In this document: one piece after another, positions 9,547 to 16,734 of the stretch | Layout of the letters: each line of letters starts with the position of its first letter | How positions within the stretch are numbered: the first letter of the stretch is position 1 | Virus record (IMG/VR): IMGVR_UViG_3300030372_002798 | Location: 1-24,371 of that record | Reading direction: 5' to 3' (one strand) | Length of the DNA stretch: 24,371 bases | Origin: a virus | Taxonomy: Duplodnaviria; Caudoviricetes | Translations under genes and position numbers: made by a program | Notes under the pieces: model-generated | What the model was told of the DNA's origin: nothing | What the model saw: the letters and a program-made list of their open reading frames with translations, nothing else | The model's database searches: none

Positions 9547-10097
9547 GAGTTCTTTTCTTCAAGCTTCTCAAGCTTTTGTAGCCACTCTTTTCTTTTTGTT
9601 TTCGTGTGTCTACCAGGTCCTAAAGGTTTTAACCCAACCTTCTTGGCACGACTTAGTAGTTTTTTGGATTCTGATTTCTGTTTATTCAACTTCTCTATTG
9701 GCGATTCTTTATTTTCTCCTAAGAGTTCTGTTATATCCTCTTCTACCTCAATAACATTCTCTATTTTTCTATGACCTTCTAAAAATCTTTCAAAAGGACT
9801 TTCTACTTTAACCTCAACATTTTTAATAAGCTTACCAGAGTGTTCTAATATTAATCTACCTGCTTGAACATTACCATTAATGGCTTCTTTGTACATAGAT
9901 TGTAATACAGAAGGTAGTTTTGCTCCAAACGACTGCATATAGGTTTGATACAAGGATTCAACAAACTCTTTATCGCTTAACCAGTTTGTTATAGTGTTTC
10001 TATGTACTCCAATCTCTTTAGAAATATCAACAAGAGTCATATCTGGATTATTAACATAGATAGTAGCAAACTCTGCTTGTTTCTTATTAAGATTCAT
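9543..10097 (-). CDS. HTH protein, probable terminase small subunit
   Basis: N-terminal LNKKQAEFA...TLVDISKEIGVHRNTITNW helix-turn-helix, then a helical segment with AINGNVQAGRLIL. Size and location near terL fit TerS. Confidence 0.65.
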   Translation of the reverse strand: MNLNKKQAEFATIYVNNPDMTLVDISKEIGVHRNTITNWLSDKEFVESLYQTYMQSFGAKLPSVLQSMYKEAINGNVQAGRLILEHSGKLIKNVEVKVESPFERFLEGHRKIENVIEVEEDITELLGENKESPIEKLNKQKSESKKLLSRAKKVGLKPLGPGRHTKTKRKEWLQKLEKLEEKNS

Positions 10098-10231
10098 CCT
10101 TGTCCTCTTTTTTTCTTTTTATAATACTTGGTAGACATTTTATTTCCATACTTGGTATTATGCCCTCGCCCTTGCCTTGTTTTTTTCTTTCCATTGGTAT
10201 GTCTTTTGACTTGTGGTCGTAATCCTCTCAA
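10094..10231 (-). CDS. 45-aa highly basic protein (not in ORF track)
   Basis: TTG start overlaps the upstream stop (TTGA) and the stop overlaps the TerS-like ATG (ATGA). GGAG SD. MRGLRPQVKRHTNGKKKTRQGRGHNTKYGNKMSTKYYKKKKRGQG. Confidence 0.7.
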   Translation of the reverse strand: MRGLRPQVKRHTNGKKKTRQGRGHNTKYGNKMSTKYYKKKKRGQG

Positions 10232-10443
10232 AGTTCTGTCTCTCCTAACACATCACTATCTTTGAAATCAGAGAAATGCCCATCATAGACCTTAATTAAT
10301 GGCTTACTTAGTATTCTCTTTGCTTTTACTTTGCCACATTCATCACAAGGATGTATTATATCTTTATTTCTATTTTTAACACTCATGATGGTACTGACAA
10401 TCTTTTTGCACTTGCACTTACACATATATTCATAAATGGGCAT
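10228..10443 (-). CDS. FmdB-family zinc-ribbon protein
   Basis: MPIYEYMCKC...CDECG...KRILS signature. AAGGAG SD. Confidence 0.85.
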   Translation of the reverse strand: MPIYEYMCKCKCKKIVSTIMSVKNRNKDIIHPCDECGKVKAKRILSKPLIKVYDGHFSDFKDSDVLGETEL

Positions 10444-10453
10444 TCATATCTCC

Positions 10454-10609
10454 TTATTTTTTTAATGCTTTACGAACTTCTGCCCAAACTTCATCATCAA
10501 GTTTGTTAGAAGATTTAGCTACAAGGAAGTCTCCAACTTTAAGTAATACAGCGACTAAAACTTTTTCGCTTAATACACCAGTAAGCATTTTGCTAATAAT
10601 AATATTCAT
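10454..10609 (-). CDS. Small hypothetical protein (amphipathic)
   Basis: Start reassigned to ATG 10609 behind AGGAG. MNIIISKMLTG...SSNKLDDEVWAEVRKALKK. Confidence 0.65.
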   Translation of the reverse strand: MNIIISKMLTGVLSEKVLVAVLLKVGDFLVAKSSNKLDDEVWAEVRKALKK

Positions 10610-10610
10610 A

Positions 10611-10772
10611 TTATCTCCTGCGTTTTTTCTTAATATCATCTTTCGGACACTTAAACATATTAATCACTTTTGTTTGCTCTGCATTCCCAGTCTGCAATCC
10701 ACAATGTAATACTTCTTTACGCATTGCTGCGAAACTACATTTGGCTTTAATCATGGGACAGTATTCAAACAT
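10611..10772 (-). CDS. 53-aa Cys-rich protein (not in ORF track)
   Basis: TAATG-coupled to the upstream gene. MFEYCPMIKAKCSFAAMRKEVLHCGLQTGNAEQTKVINMFKCPKDDIKKKRRR has four Cys and fills the gap exactly. Confidence 0.65.
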   Translation of the reverse strand: MFEYCPMIKAKCSFAAMRKEVLHCGLQTGNAEQTKVINMFKCPKDDIKKKRRR

Positions 10773-11095
10773 TATCCTTTCCTTTTTTGACCTTTACTTG
10801 GTTGTCGCTTCCTTCCACTTGGACCACTCCATAAGAACTTATCTGCCCAATATGCTGCCGACATTCTGCCTTTTTTTATATTAGCTGCATGTCTTGCTTT
10901 GAAGCTTTTACGAGCCTCTGGACTATAGTTATGTCCATAGCCTTTTGCTCCAAATCTTATCAGCTTTAAATCGTGTCCACTTGATGCCAAAACCACTGCC
11001 TTCTTCTTTGGATGAGAAGGTGTCATTTTCGGCTTGTTTACGCTTTTTAAGCCATAACGCTTGAGCATTGCTTTTTTCTTATCTGAATGTGCCAT
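10772..11095 (-). CDS. Basic conserved-looking phage protein of unknown function
   Basis: 107 aa with IRFGAKG...RKSFKARH...SAAYWADKFLW, a motif set I recall from aquatic phage hypotheticals. Confidence 0.75.
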   Translation of the reverse strand: MAHSDKKKAMLKRYGLKSVNKPKMTPSHPKKKAVVLASSGHDLKLIRFGAKGYGHNYSPEARKSFKARHAANIKKGRMSAAYWADKFLWSGPSGRKRQPSKGQKRKG

Positions 11096-11310
11096 ATGGT
11101 TTGAATTTACTTAGGCGAATTGTTTTGTGCAACCTTGCGAATTTTAATTTGCCTTTTTTGTGGAATGCGACATGTCTTGCTATCGGAATGCTCTATCCCT
11201 CCTATGCCATTTATTTTGATCAGGGCTTTTTGCATGTATTTCCGGCATCTTACCAAATATCTAAAATATAGCATGTTTCAATTTGACGATTTTGACACAT
11301 GATTGCTTTT

Positions 11311-11324
11311 TGTGATCTAGTGAA
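11311..11324 (+). repeat. TGTGATCTAGTGAA motif, left copy
   Basis: TGATCTAGTGAA recurs at 14588-14599. GATCTAGTGAA is inverted at 14396-14406. A one-mismatch copy lies at 14559-14572. Confidence 0.85.
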
Positions 11325-11499
11325 GCCCTTCCACAGTATGAATTTTGTCAAAAATGAGTGAGAGGTGAACAAGTGAAAAAAATCACAAATATTCACAATT
11401 AAAACTTCAACAAATTACAATCAAACTATCTTTGTCTTAGTATAGGTAATTAGAAAGGAAATCAAAGATTTCAACTATGACACATATATATAATATGTA

Positions 11500-11528
11500 T
11501 TGATATTGTATAGGTAATTCAATAGATT
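11500..11528 (+). promoter_or_regulatory. Sigma70-type promoter of the island operon
   Basis: TTGATA-N17-TAGATT. The spacer contains GTATAGGTAATT, which is repeated at 11440-11451. Confidence 0.6.
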
Positions 11529-11534
11529 GTTTTC

Positions 11535-11849
11535 ATGATAGCAAAGAAAAATAACCAACTATGGATGTCAAGCAAACTTGACACCATGAAAGTGAGTAAA
11601 AATATCATGAAAGCGACTTTTAAAAATACATTGATTCTATCTTTTGCCATGTGTTTCATTGGTATGGTTTTTTCCATAACTGATGTTGTATTGGTAATCA
11701 TAGAAGTTGGATTCAATACAATGAATCAAGAACAAATAGAAAGATTCACTTCTTCATATTTGCTTTTCGTTTCATTTGGGATAATTGGGATAATTGCTCA
11801 ATTCTCAATTATCAATATTAACAATAAACAAATAGAGGTAAAGAGATGA
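11535..11849 (+). CDS. Two-TM membrane protein
   Basis: Hydrophobic segments LILSFAMCFIGMVFSITDVVLVII and YLLFVSFGIIGIIAQFSII. ATGA-coupled to the amidoligase. Start uncertain. Confidence 0.7.
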   Translation: MIAKKNNQLWMSSKLDTMKVSKNIMKATFKNTLILSFAMCFIGMVFSITDVVLVIIEVGFNTMNQEQIERFTSSYLLFVSFGIIGIIAQFSIININNKQIEVKR

Positions 11850-13459
11850 GTAAAATCAAAATATATGAAAATCCATCACATTCATTTGATGCTCAAAAAG
11901 TGAAGGACATTGTGTATCAAGATTCCCTTGATAACACTGGAAATACAAATGTTCTTTTGTATGGCAATTACACATACAATGAAGATGAAAAGGTTGGACA
12001 ATTCGAAAAGGCATTTTTGTTTGACAATGACCAAACAAGCAACAATCTTGTTTGTATAGGAGACAAAAGCCAAGTTGTAAGATTCACAACTTTGGATTGG
12101 GGGGAAGGAGAATTTTTCTCAAATCCAAATTCATACAATTCATCACATGATTGGTTGCCATTTCAAGATGCAACTGAATATTCTGATGGGCAATACTTTG
12201 TGTTGAGAAATGAAGTCCTTCACATTCATGATTTGGAAATGTATGTTCCTTTGAATTTTGGCAAAGGATTTAGACAAATTCATTTTTGTAAATCATGCAA
12301 TGAACACTACAAAAGAAGATGTAAATGTTTGAATAAATCAAGACCATCTGGACATAGTCCGAATCAAGTTTACTTTTGTGATGTTGAAAAAGGGTTTGAT
12401 GTTAATTCAATTAAATCATTGAATCACTTGACAACAAACACAAAAACATTTCTTGGCTTTGAGTGGGAATTAGGATTTGAAAATCCAAATTTATCAACAA
12501 ATGAAATTGCATTTGCATTGTATAGACACATTAAAAATAAAGATGTGAATTTGTTCAATTTGTTTGGCGATAACATGAGAGATGGAAGCATTGACAACTA
12601 CTATTCAAAAGGAAGTGAGATTGGAAGCAATGTGATGAGTTTTGATTACTATCAAAAATATGCAACTATGATTGAAGAAGTTTCTGAATTTGCAAATTCA
12701 AGAGACATCTTTGGAAGCAATTTAGGATTTCACATCAACATTTCAAGAGATTCATTTGTTGATGAAAATGAAATTTTGAACTTTCTTGTTCTTACTCAAA
12801 CATCAGTTGAAATATTAGTGAAATTGAGTGGTAGAAGGGATGAAGGAAGCAATATGAATAATTATTGTCCTATTGATATTCCTTTTGGTTTTAGAGATGA
12901 AGAAGTTGAAAAAATAAATCGTGGATTGACTTCATTGGCAATGAATAAAAAATTGGCATCTAAAATCTTTAATGGAAATGCGATAGGCGATAAAATGACA
13001 TGGATGGCATTTCATAAAAATGCAATGATAGAGTTTAGATTGCCTTCTTCATCAACTGATAATGAAGGACATGCTTTTTCAAAAACATGTAGACATTTGG
13101 AATTAGTGTTTGCAATGGTGGAATATTCAAGACAACACACAATCGATAAAATGCGTTTTGATATGTTCTTGGATTGGATTCATGAAAATGAACACTTTGT
13201 AAATATTTACAATGCGATTGTTTGCAATGATGACATCATGGAATTAATTGAACAAGCAACTTCTTTTGCAAAGCAATTATCAATCGCAAAGCCAAACTTG
13301 GAATTTGATTTTGACAATGACAATACAAGTGAAATGGAAAATGAATTTGGGTTGTGGATGGATAAATGCAAAAATGCAAAAGAAGTTGATGATTCAACAA
13401 AGCAAATCAAAGATAAATACAATAAAAAAGTAAAAGATAGAAAAGAAAGGAAGGTGTAA
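11846..13459 (+). CDS. Putative amidoligase (COOH-NH2 ligase, Amidoligase_2-like)
   Basis: Catalytic pattern FLGFEWE, DGSI, SEIGS, GFHINISR, IEFRLP. Cys cluster CKSCNEHYKRRCKC precedes the domain. Adjacent to a GATase. Confidence 0.85.
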   Translation: MSKIKIYENPSHSFDAQKVKDIVYQDSLDNTGNTNVLLYGNYTYNEDEKVGQFEKAFLFDNDQTSNNLVCIGDKSQVVRFTTLDWGEGEFFSNPNSYNSSHDWLPFQDATEYSDGQYFVLRNEVLHIHDLEMYVPLNFGKGFRQIHFCKSCNEHYKRRCKCLNKSRPSGHSPNQVYFCDVEKGFDVNSIKSLNHLTTNTKTFLGFEWELGFENPNLSTNEIAFALYRHIKNKDVNLFNLFGDNMRDGSIDNYYSKGSEIGSNVMSFDYYQKYATMIEEVSEFANSRDIFGSNLGFHINISRDSFVDENEILNFLVLTQTSVEILVKLSGRRDEGSNMNNYCPIDIPFGFRDEEVEKINRGLTSLAMNKKLASKIFNGNAIGDKMTWMAFHKNAMIEFRLPSSSTDNEGHAFSKTCRHLELVFAMVEYSRQHTIDKMRFDMFLDWIHENEHFVNIYNAIVCNDDIMELIEQATSFAKQLSIAKPNLEFDFDNDNTSEMENEFGLWMDKCKNAKEVDDSTKQIKDKYNKKVKDRKERKV

Positions 13460-13461
13460 AA

Positions 13462-14073
13462 ATGTGTATAGCAATTTTAAAGCCTAAAAAAGCAACAATA
13501 GATGTTGCAACATTAAATGATTGTTGGGATGCCAATTCACATGGTGGTGGATTTGCATTTGCAATGAAAGGAAAATTGAATGTGTTCAAATCGTTGGAAA
13601 AAGATTTGTTCATTGATACTTTGATGGAATCAATGGCAAATCATAATGCAAACTTTTTGATTCATATGAGAATCGCAACAAGTGGAATAAAAGACATGAT
13701 GATTAATTGCCATCCTTTTAGGATTGACAATAAGAATGTTTTTTGTCATAATGGTGTGATTCACAATGTCAATTCAGATGATGACATTTCAGATACAAGA
13801 TATTTTAACAAAGATATTTTGCAACAAATGAAATTCAATTTAAAAAATAAATCACATATTAAATTAATTGAAGGCTTCATTGGTAATGGCAACAAATTGA
13901 TTTTCCTAAATTCAAAAGGGGAATTTACCATTGCAAATGAAAAGGTTGGAAGTTGGCAAAATGGTGTATGGTTTTCAAATCTCAATCATTCATGTGATTT
14001 GGAAGACGATTATCAATCATGGCAAAATAACTTGTTCACAATTAAAGACTATCAAAAGAAGATGAAGTTGTAA
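13462..14073 (+). CDS. Class II (Ntn) glutamine amidotransferase
   Basis: N-terminal nucleophile Cys2 (MCIAI), NSHGGG, HMRIATSG, NCHPF, HNG, SDT and WFSN motifs. Confidence 0.92.
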   Translation: MCIAILKPKKATIDVATLNDCWDANSHGGGFAFAMKGKLNVFKSLEKDLFIDTLMESMANHNANFLIHMRIATSGIKDMMINCHPFRIDNKNVFCHNGVIHNVNSDDDISDTRYFNKDILQQMKFNLKNKSHIKLIEGFIGNGNKLIFLNSKGEFTIANEKVGSWQNGVWFSNLNHSCDLEDDYQSWQNNLFTIKDYQKKMKL

Positions 14074-14090
14074 GAACTTCACATTGCCAA

Positions 14091-14131
14091 AAAAAGATGC
14101 TCAATCATTCATTTGGTTGGGCATTTTTTTT
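14091..14131 (+). terminator. Rho-independent (probably bidirectional) terminator
   Basis: A-run, then stem ATGCTCAATCA / TGGTTGGGCAT with G-U pairs and a 6-nt loop, then a T-run. Lies just after the GATase stop. Confidence 0.8.
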
Positions 14132-14208
14132 GCCCAAAATCAATGAATAAAGACCAAAAACACCAAAAAACACTAATACCAAAGTTCACATAAAAGCATT
14201 TTAAAGCG

Positions 14209-14352
14209 TTTTAAAGGCATTTTAACGCCTTGATTTTTTGCCAAATCCATCAAAATCCATCAAAATCAATGAAAAATCATTAATACAAATGTTCATCTAA
14301 TCAAAAGAAAATCGATTTTAAAGGCATTTTAACGCCTTGATTTTTTGCCAAA
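14209..14352. repeat. 37-bp perfect direct repeat, two copies 107 bp apart
   Basis: TTTTAAAGGCATTTTAACGCCTTGATTTTTTGCCAAA at 14209-14245 and 14316-14352, with internal inverted AAGGC/GCCTT. Confidence 0.9.
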
Positions 14353-14395
14353 CACAACAAAAACGGTGGTTTTGATAAATATTCACATTTTTTGA

Positions 14396-14689
14396 TTCAC
14401 TAGATCCTTAAAGGATTTTGATCCTTCACTTTTTTGGAGTTTGATCAGGAATCGATTTTCTAGATCAATTCAAATTCATGTTTCAAAATTCAAAAATTCA
14501 AAATTTAAAAATCAAAAATTCAAAATTTAAAAATTGCAAAAATATCATTTTCACAAAATGTGATTTAGTGAAATTCAAATTTTTTTTTGATCTAGTGAAA
14601 GCTGCAACTTGAAAAATTTTTTTCATGCGTCAAATTTTGCCCAAATTTTTGCCAATTTTCAAAAAAATTTTCAAATTTCATTTCCCTAG
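14396..14689. repeat. Cluster of GATC/CTAG sites and GATCTAG motifs
   Basis: GATC at 14403, 14420, 14443, 14463 and 14589. CTAG at 14400, 14460, 14592 and 14686. Confidence 0.85.
14482..14543. repeat. A-tract array including a 22-bp tandem repeat
   Basis: CAAAAATTCAAAATTTAAAAAT at 14491-14512 and 14513-14534, within (C/T)AAAA(A)TT units. Confidence 0.85.
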
Positions 14690-14776
14690 TTTCTCATAAT
14701 GGAACATTTTTGACTTTAAAAAACATGATTGCAGCTCTTATTTGCAGCTTTTTTTCACTTGGCAGCACTTTTTTTA

Positions 14777-14806
14777 TTGACTTTGTATCCCCCCTATATA
14801 TAGATT
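14777..14806 (+). promoter_or_regulatory. Sigma70-type early promoter
   Basis: TTGACT-N18-TAGATT preceded by T-tracts. Shares TTGAnnTTGTAT...ATAGATTGT with the promoter at 11500. Confidence 0.55.
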
Positions 14807-14815
14807 GTATACATT

Positions 14816-15160
14816 ATGACTATTAACAAGAGAGAGGTAAGAGAAGCAATCCAATTAGTTGAATGGCATAGAGAATATCTAATGCAGATTGGGTTGCATC
14901 CAACACAAACCAAGAAAAGAAATGTGTATTTACAAACCAATAAATATAACAAGTTTGGAATTGAAGATATAAAATTCTTTTCTTATAAAGCATCTAAACA
15001 AAATCAAAAGGTATGTAAAGAGTTGAAGTTGTTTATTCGCTTATTATCTAATGTTGATAGTATATGTGAAGTTGAGTTAAGTAAAAAGAGTAGAATAAAT
15101 TGGAATCAATTTAAAAAGAAAAAAGAGGTTGAAGATGAAGCAAGTGATAATATATCCTAA
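14816..15160 (+). CDS. Hypothetical early protein
   Basis: 114 aa ORF directly after the promoter, with no SD. Confidence 0.6.
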   Translation: MTINKREVREAIQLVEWHREYLMQIGLHPTQTKKRNVYLQTNKYNKFGIEDIKFFSYKASKQNQKVCKELKLFIRLLSNVDSICEVELSKKSRINWNQFKKKKEVEDEASDNIS

Positions 15161-15317
15161 TGTAAACAAAGTAAGTGATGAAAAGTGCAAAGATGCGATA
15201 GATTACTTTTGGAAAGAAGATATGATGAACAATGGCATGAACTCTGATGAAAGATACTATTGTCAGATACTTTTAAAAAGAGTTGCTAATACATTAAATA
15301 TGAAGTTGGAGGGTTAG
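15135..15317 (+). CDS. Hypothetical protein
   Basis: GAGGT SD before ATG 15135; part of the packed gene array. Confidence 0.6.
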   Translation: MKQVIIYPNVNKVSDEKCKDAIDYFWKEDMMNNGMNSDERYYCQILLKRVANTLNMKLEG

Positions 15318-15321
15318 AAAC

Positions 15322-15612
15322 ATGTTGCAGGTAAGTTTAGAAGAACTACAAAACATAGTTATAAATTCAGATGGCAAATTGTTTAGTGCAAGTTTTATAA
15401 AGAACGACGGTAGCATAAGAGATATTGTGTGTCGTTTGGGTGTTAAGTCTTATATCAAGGGAAGTGGAAAACCTTCTTATTCATTAAAAAAAGATAATCC
15501 ATATCAATTGGTATTTGATTTTCAAAAAAGTGCTTATCGTGTTATAAACATGGAAACACTATTTAAGATTAAATTCCAAAATAAAACATATTTTAGGGAG
15601 GATGTAAAATGA
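15322..15612 (+). CDS. SH3-like beta-barrel (WYL_2-like) phage protein
   Basis: Pattern FSASFIKNDGSIRDIVCRLGVK...VFDFQKSAYRVINMETL. GGAGG SD. Confidence 0.65.
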   Translation: MLQVSLEELQNIVINSDGKLFSASFIKNDGSIRDIVCRLGVKSYIKGSGKPSYSLKKDNPYQLVFDFQKSAYRVINMETLFKIKFQNKTYFREDVK

Positions 15613-15824
15613 AAGTAGGAAACTTAGACGAAAAAGAAACTAATCAATTACATGATTTGTTGGATAAAGCATGTATTCTTTGGCAATACTATGAAAAAGA
15701 ACATGTGGATTCAGATATGTCTAACAAAGAATGGGAGGAATTTGTTAGTATAAACAAAGAAGTTTTTTCTGATGGATGTATGTCAGTGTTAATGAATGAT
15801 TTAGATTATGAGGTAATAAAATGA
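15609..15824 (+). CDS. Hypothetical acidic protein
   Basis: GGAGG SD, ATGA coupling. Confidence 0.65.
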   Translation: MKVGNLDEKETNQLHDLLDKACILWQYYEKEHVDSDMSNKEWEEFVSINKEVFSDGCMSVLMNDLDYEVIK

Positions 15825-15991
15825 AAGAAAACATGTATTGGGATATAGTTAAATCAGAATCAGAACTTAAAAAAGATGGTGTGCAATGGTATTATTATAA
15901 TAGTGATGGCATTTGCATAGCAGAGGAATTTAAACCAAATAAGGAGAATAAATCATGCAACACTATTGGTATGACGCAGAAACAGACATAA
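15821..15991 (+). CDS. 56-aa hypothetical protein (not in ORF track)
   Basis: GAGGT SD, ATGA coupling. MKENMYWDIVKSESELKKDGVQWYYYNSDG... Confidence 0.6.
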   Translation: MKENMYWDIVKSESELKKDGVQWYYYNSDGICIAEEFKPNKENKSCNTIGMTQKQT

Positions 15992-16089
15992 TGTATGTAG
16001 CATGTTTGCAATCATATGAACTTATATTAATTATTATATTGCCTATCTTATGTTGGGAAGTGTGCAAATGGTTATGGAGGTTAAAATGA
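15955..16089 (+). CDS. 44-aa single-TM protein (not in ORF track)
   Basis: AAGGAG SD. MQHYWYDAETDIMYVACLQSYELILIIILPILCWEVCKWLWRLK. ATGA-coupled to the next gene. Confidence 0.6.
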   Translation: MQHYWYDAETDIMYVACLQSYELILIIILPILCWEVCKWLWRLK

Positions 16090-16292
16090 AATATGCAGAA
16101 GAAATAAAACTATTTAATGTTTATTATAATTACGACAATAGTATGACTTATGAAACTACAACAGATAACTTTGATAAGTGGTTAGAACAATATAATAAAC
16201 AAAGAATAGCAGATGGTAATATGCCAGAAGATAAAGATGAATTTGAAGTGCAAGAAGTAGGTTTAATCTTATTTGAAAAGAGGGAAGTATGA
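16086..16292 (+). CDS. Hypothetical protein
   Basis: Start reassigned to ATG 16086 behind GGAGGT. Confidence 0.65.
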   Translation: MKYAEEIKLFNVYYNYDNSMTYETTTDNFDKWLEQYNKQRIADGNMPEDKDEFEVQEVGLILFEKREV

Positions 16293-16531
16293 GTAAAAAA
16301 TATTCAGATAGACAAATCAATTCAATGATTACATATCTTAGAGTTTATAAAATTGCAGAAGTCCAATACATTGATAGACAATTTGTAGATAGTAAAAAAG
16401 AAATGCAAAGAAGTGTAGATAGTGGGGATTATACTCTATATGATTATATGAGCAATTCACACCTTACATTATCGCAAGTCATTAGTAGTGCGATTGATTC
16501 TGGATGGAAGGAAGATTGGGTGGTATCATGA
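16289..16531 (+). CDS. Hypothetical protein
   Basis: ATGA coupling on both sides. Confidence 0.65.
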   Translation: MSKKYSDRQINSMITYLRVYKIAEVQYIDRQFVDSKKEMQRSVDSGDYTLYDYMSNSHLTLSQVISSAIDSGWKEDWVVS

Positions 16532-16734
16532 AACTTTTGACACATGTTTGGAATTATATTACAGGACTTTGGACGGTAAAACCAGATTGCTGCGAAGATG
16601 GGGAATTATATAGTGTATGTTGCACTTCAAAACCTTATGGTAATATCCACGAGTTTCAAGGAGAGCATTTTGGATTGTGTGGAGATTGTAAAGAACATAC
16701 AGATTTTGAAAAGGAGGAGTGTTGTGAGTTATAA
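16528..16734 (+). CDS. Cys-rich small protein (probable Zn-binding)
   Basis: SVCC...GLCGDCKEH pattern. Start reassigned to the ATGA-coupled ATG at 16528. Confidence 0.65.
   Translation: MKLLTHVWNYITGLWTVKPDCCEDGELYSVCCTSKPYGNIHEFQGEHFGLCGDCKEHTDFEKEECCEL

Noticed and set aside
9533-9754. Hydrophobic plus-strand ORF as a possible holin
   Set aside because: It is antisense to the Lys/Glu-rich end of the TerS-like gene, which automatically yields Phe/Leu-rich translations.
11068-11302. Two short plus-strand ORFs (67 and 60 aa)
   Set aside because: TTG starts, no SD, mutually overlapping and atypical composition. The region looks regulatory.
14209-14352. 37-bp direct repeats with an internal palindrome as a possible mini-CRISPR
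   Set aside because: Only two copies, a 70-bp intervening segment that itself resembles upstream sequence (tandem duplication), and no cas genes.
11313-14599. Integrated mobile element bounded by 12-bp att-like direct repeats
   Set aside because: Not called as a feature: there is no recombinase in the window and the motif occurs in extra inverted copies. It is kept only as an alternative in the findings.
16598-16723. Long overlap between ORFs 16504-16734 and 16598-16975 as dual coding
   Set aside because: It resolves to a short overlap if the second gene starts at GTG 16724 behind AGGAGG.
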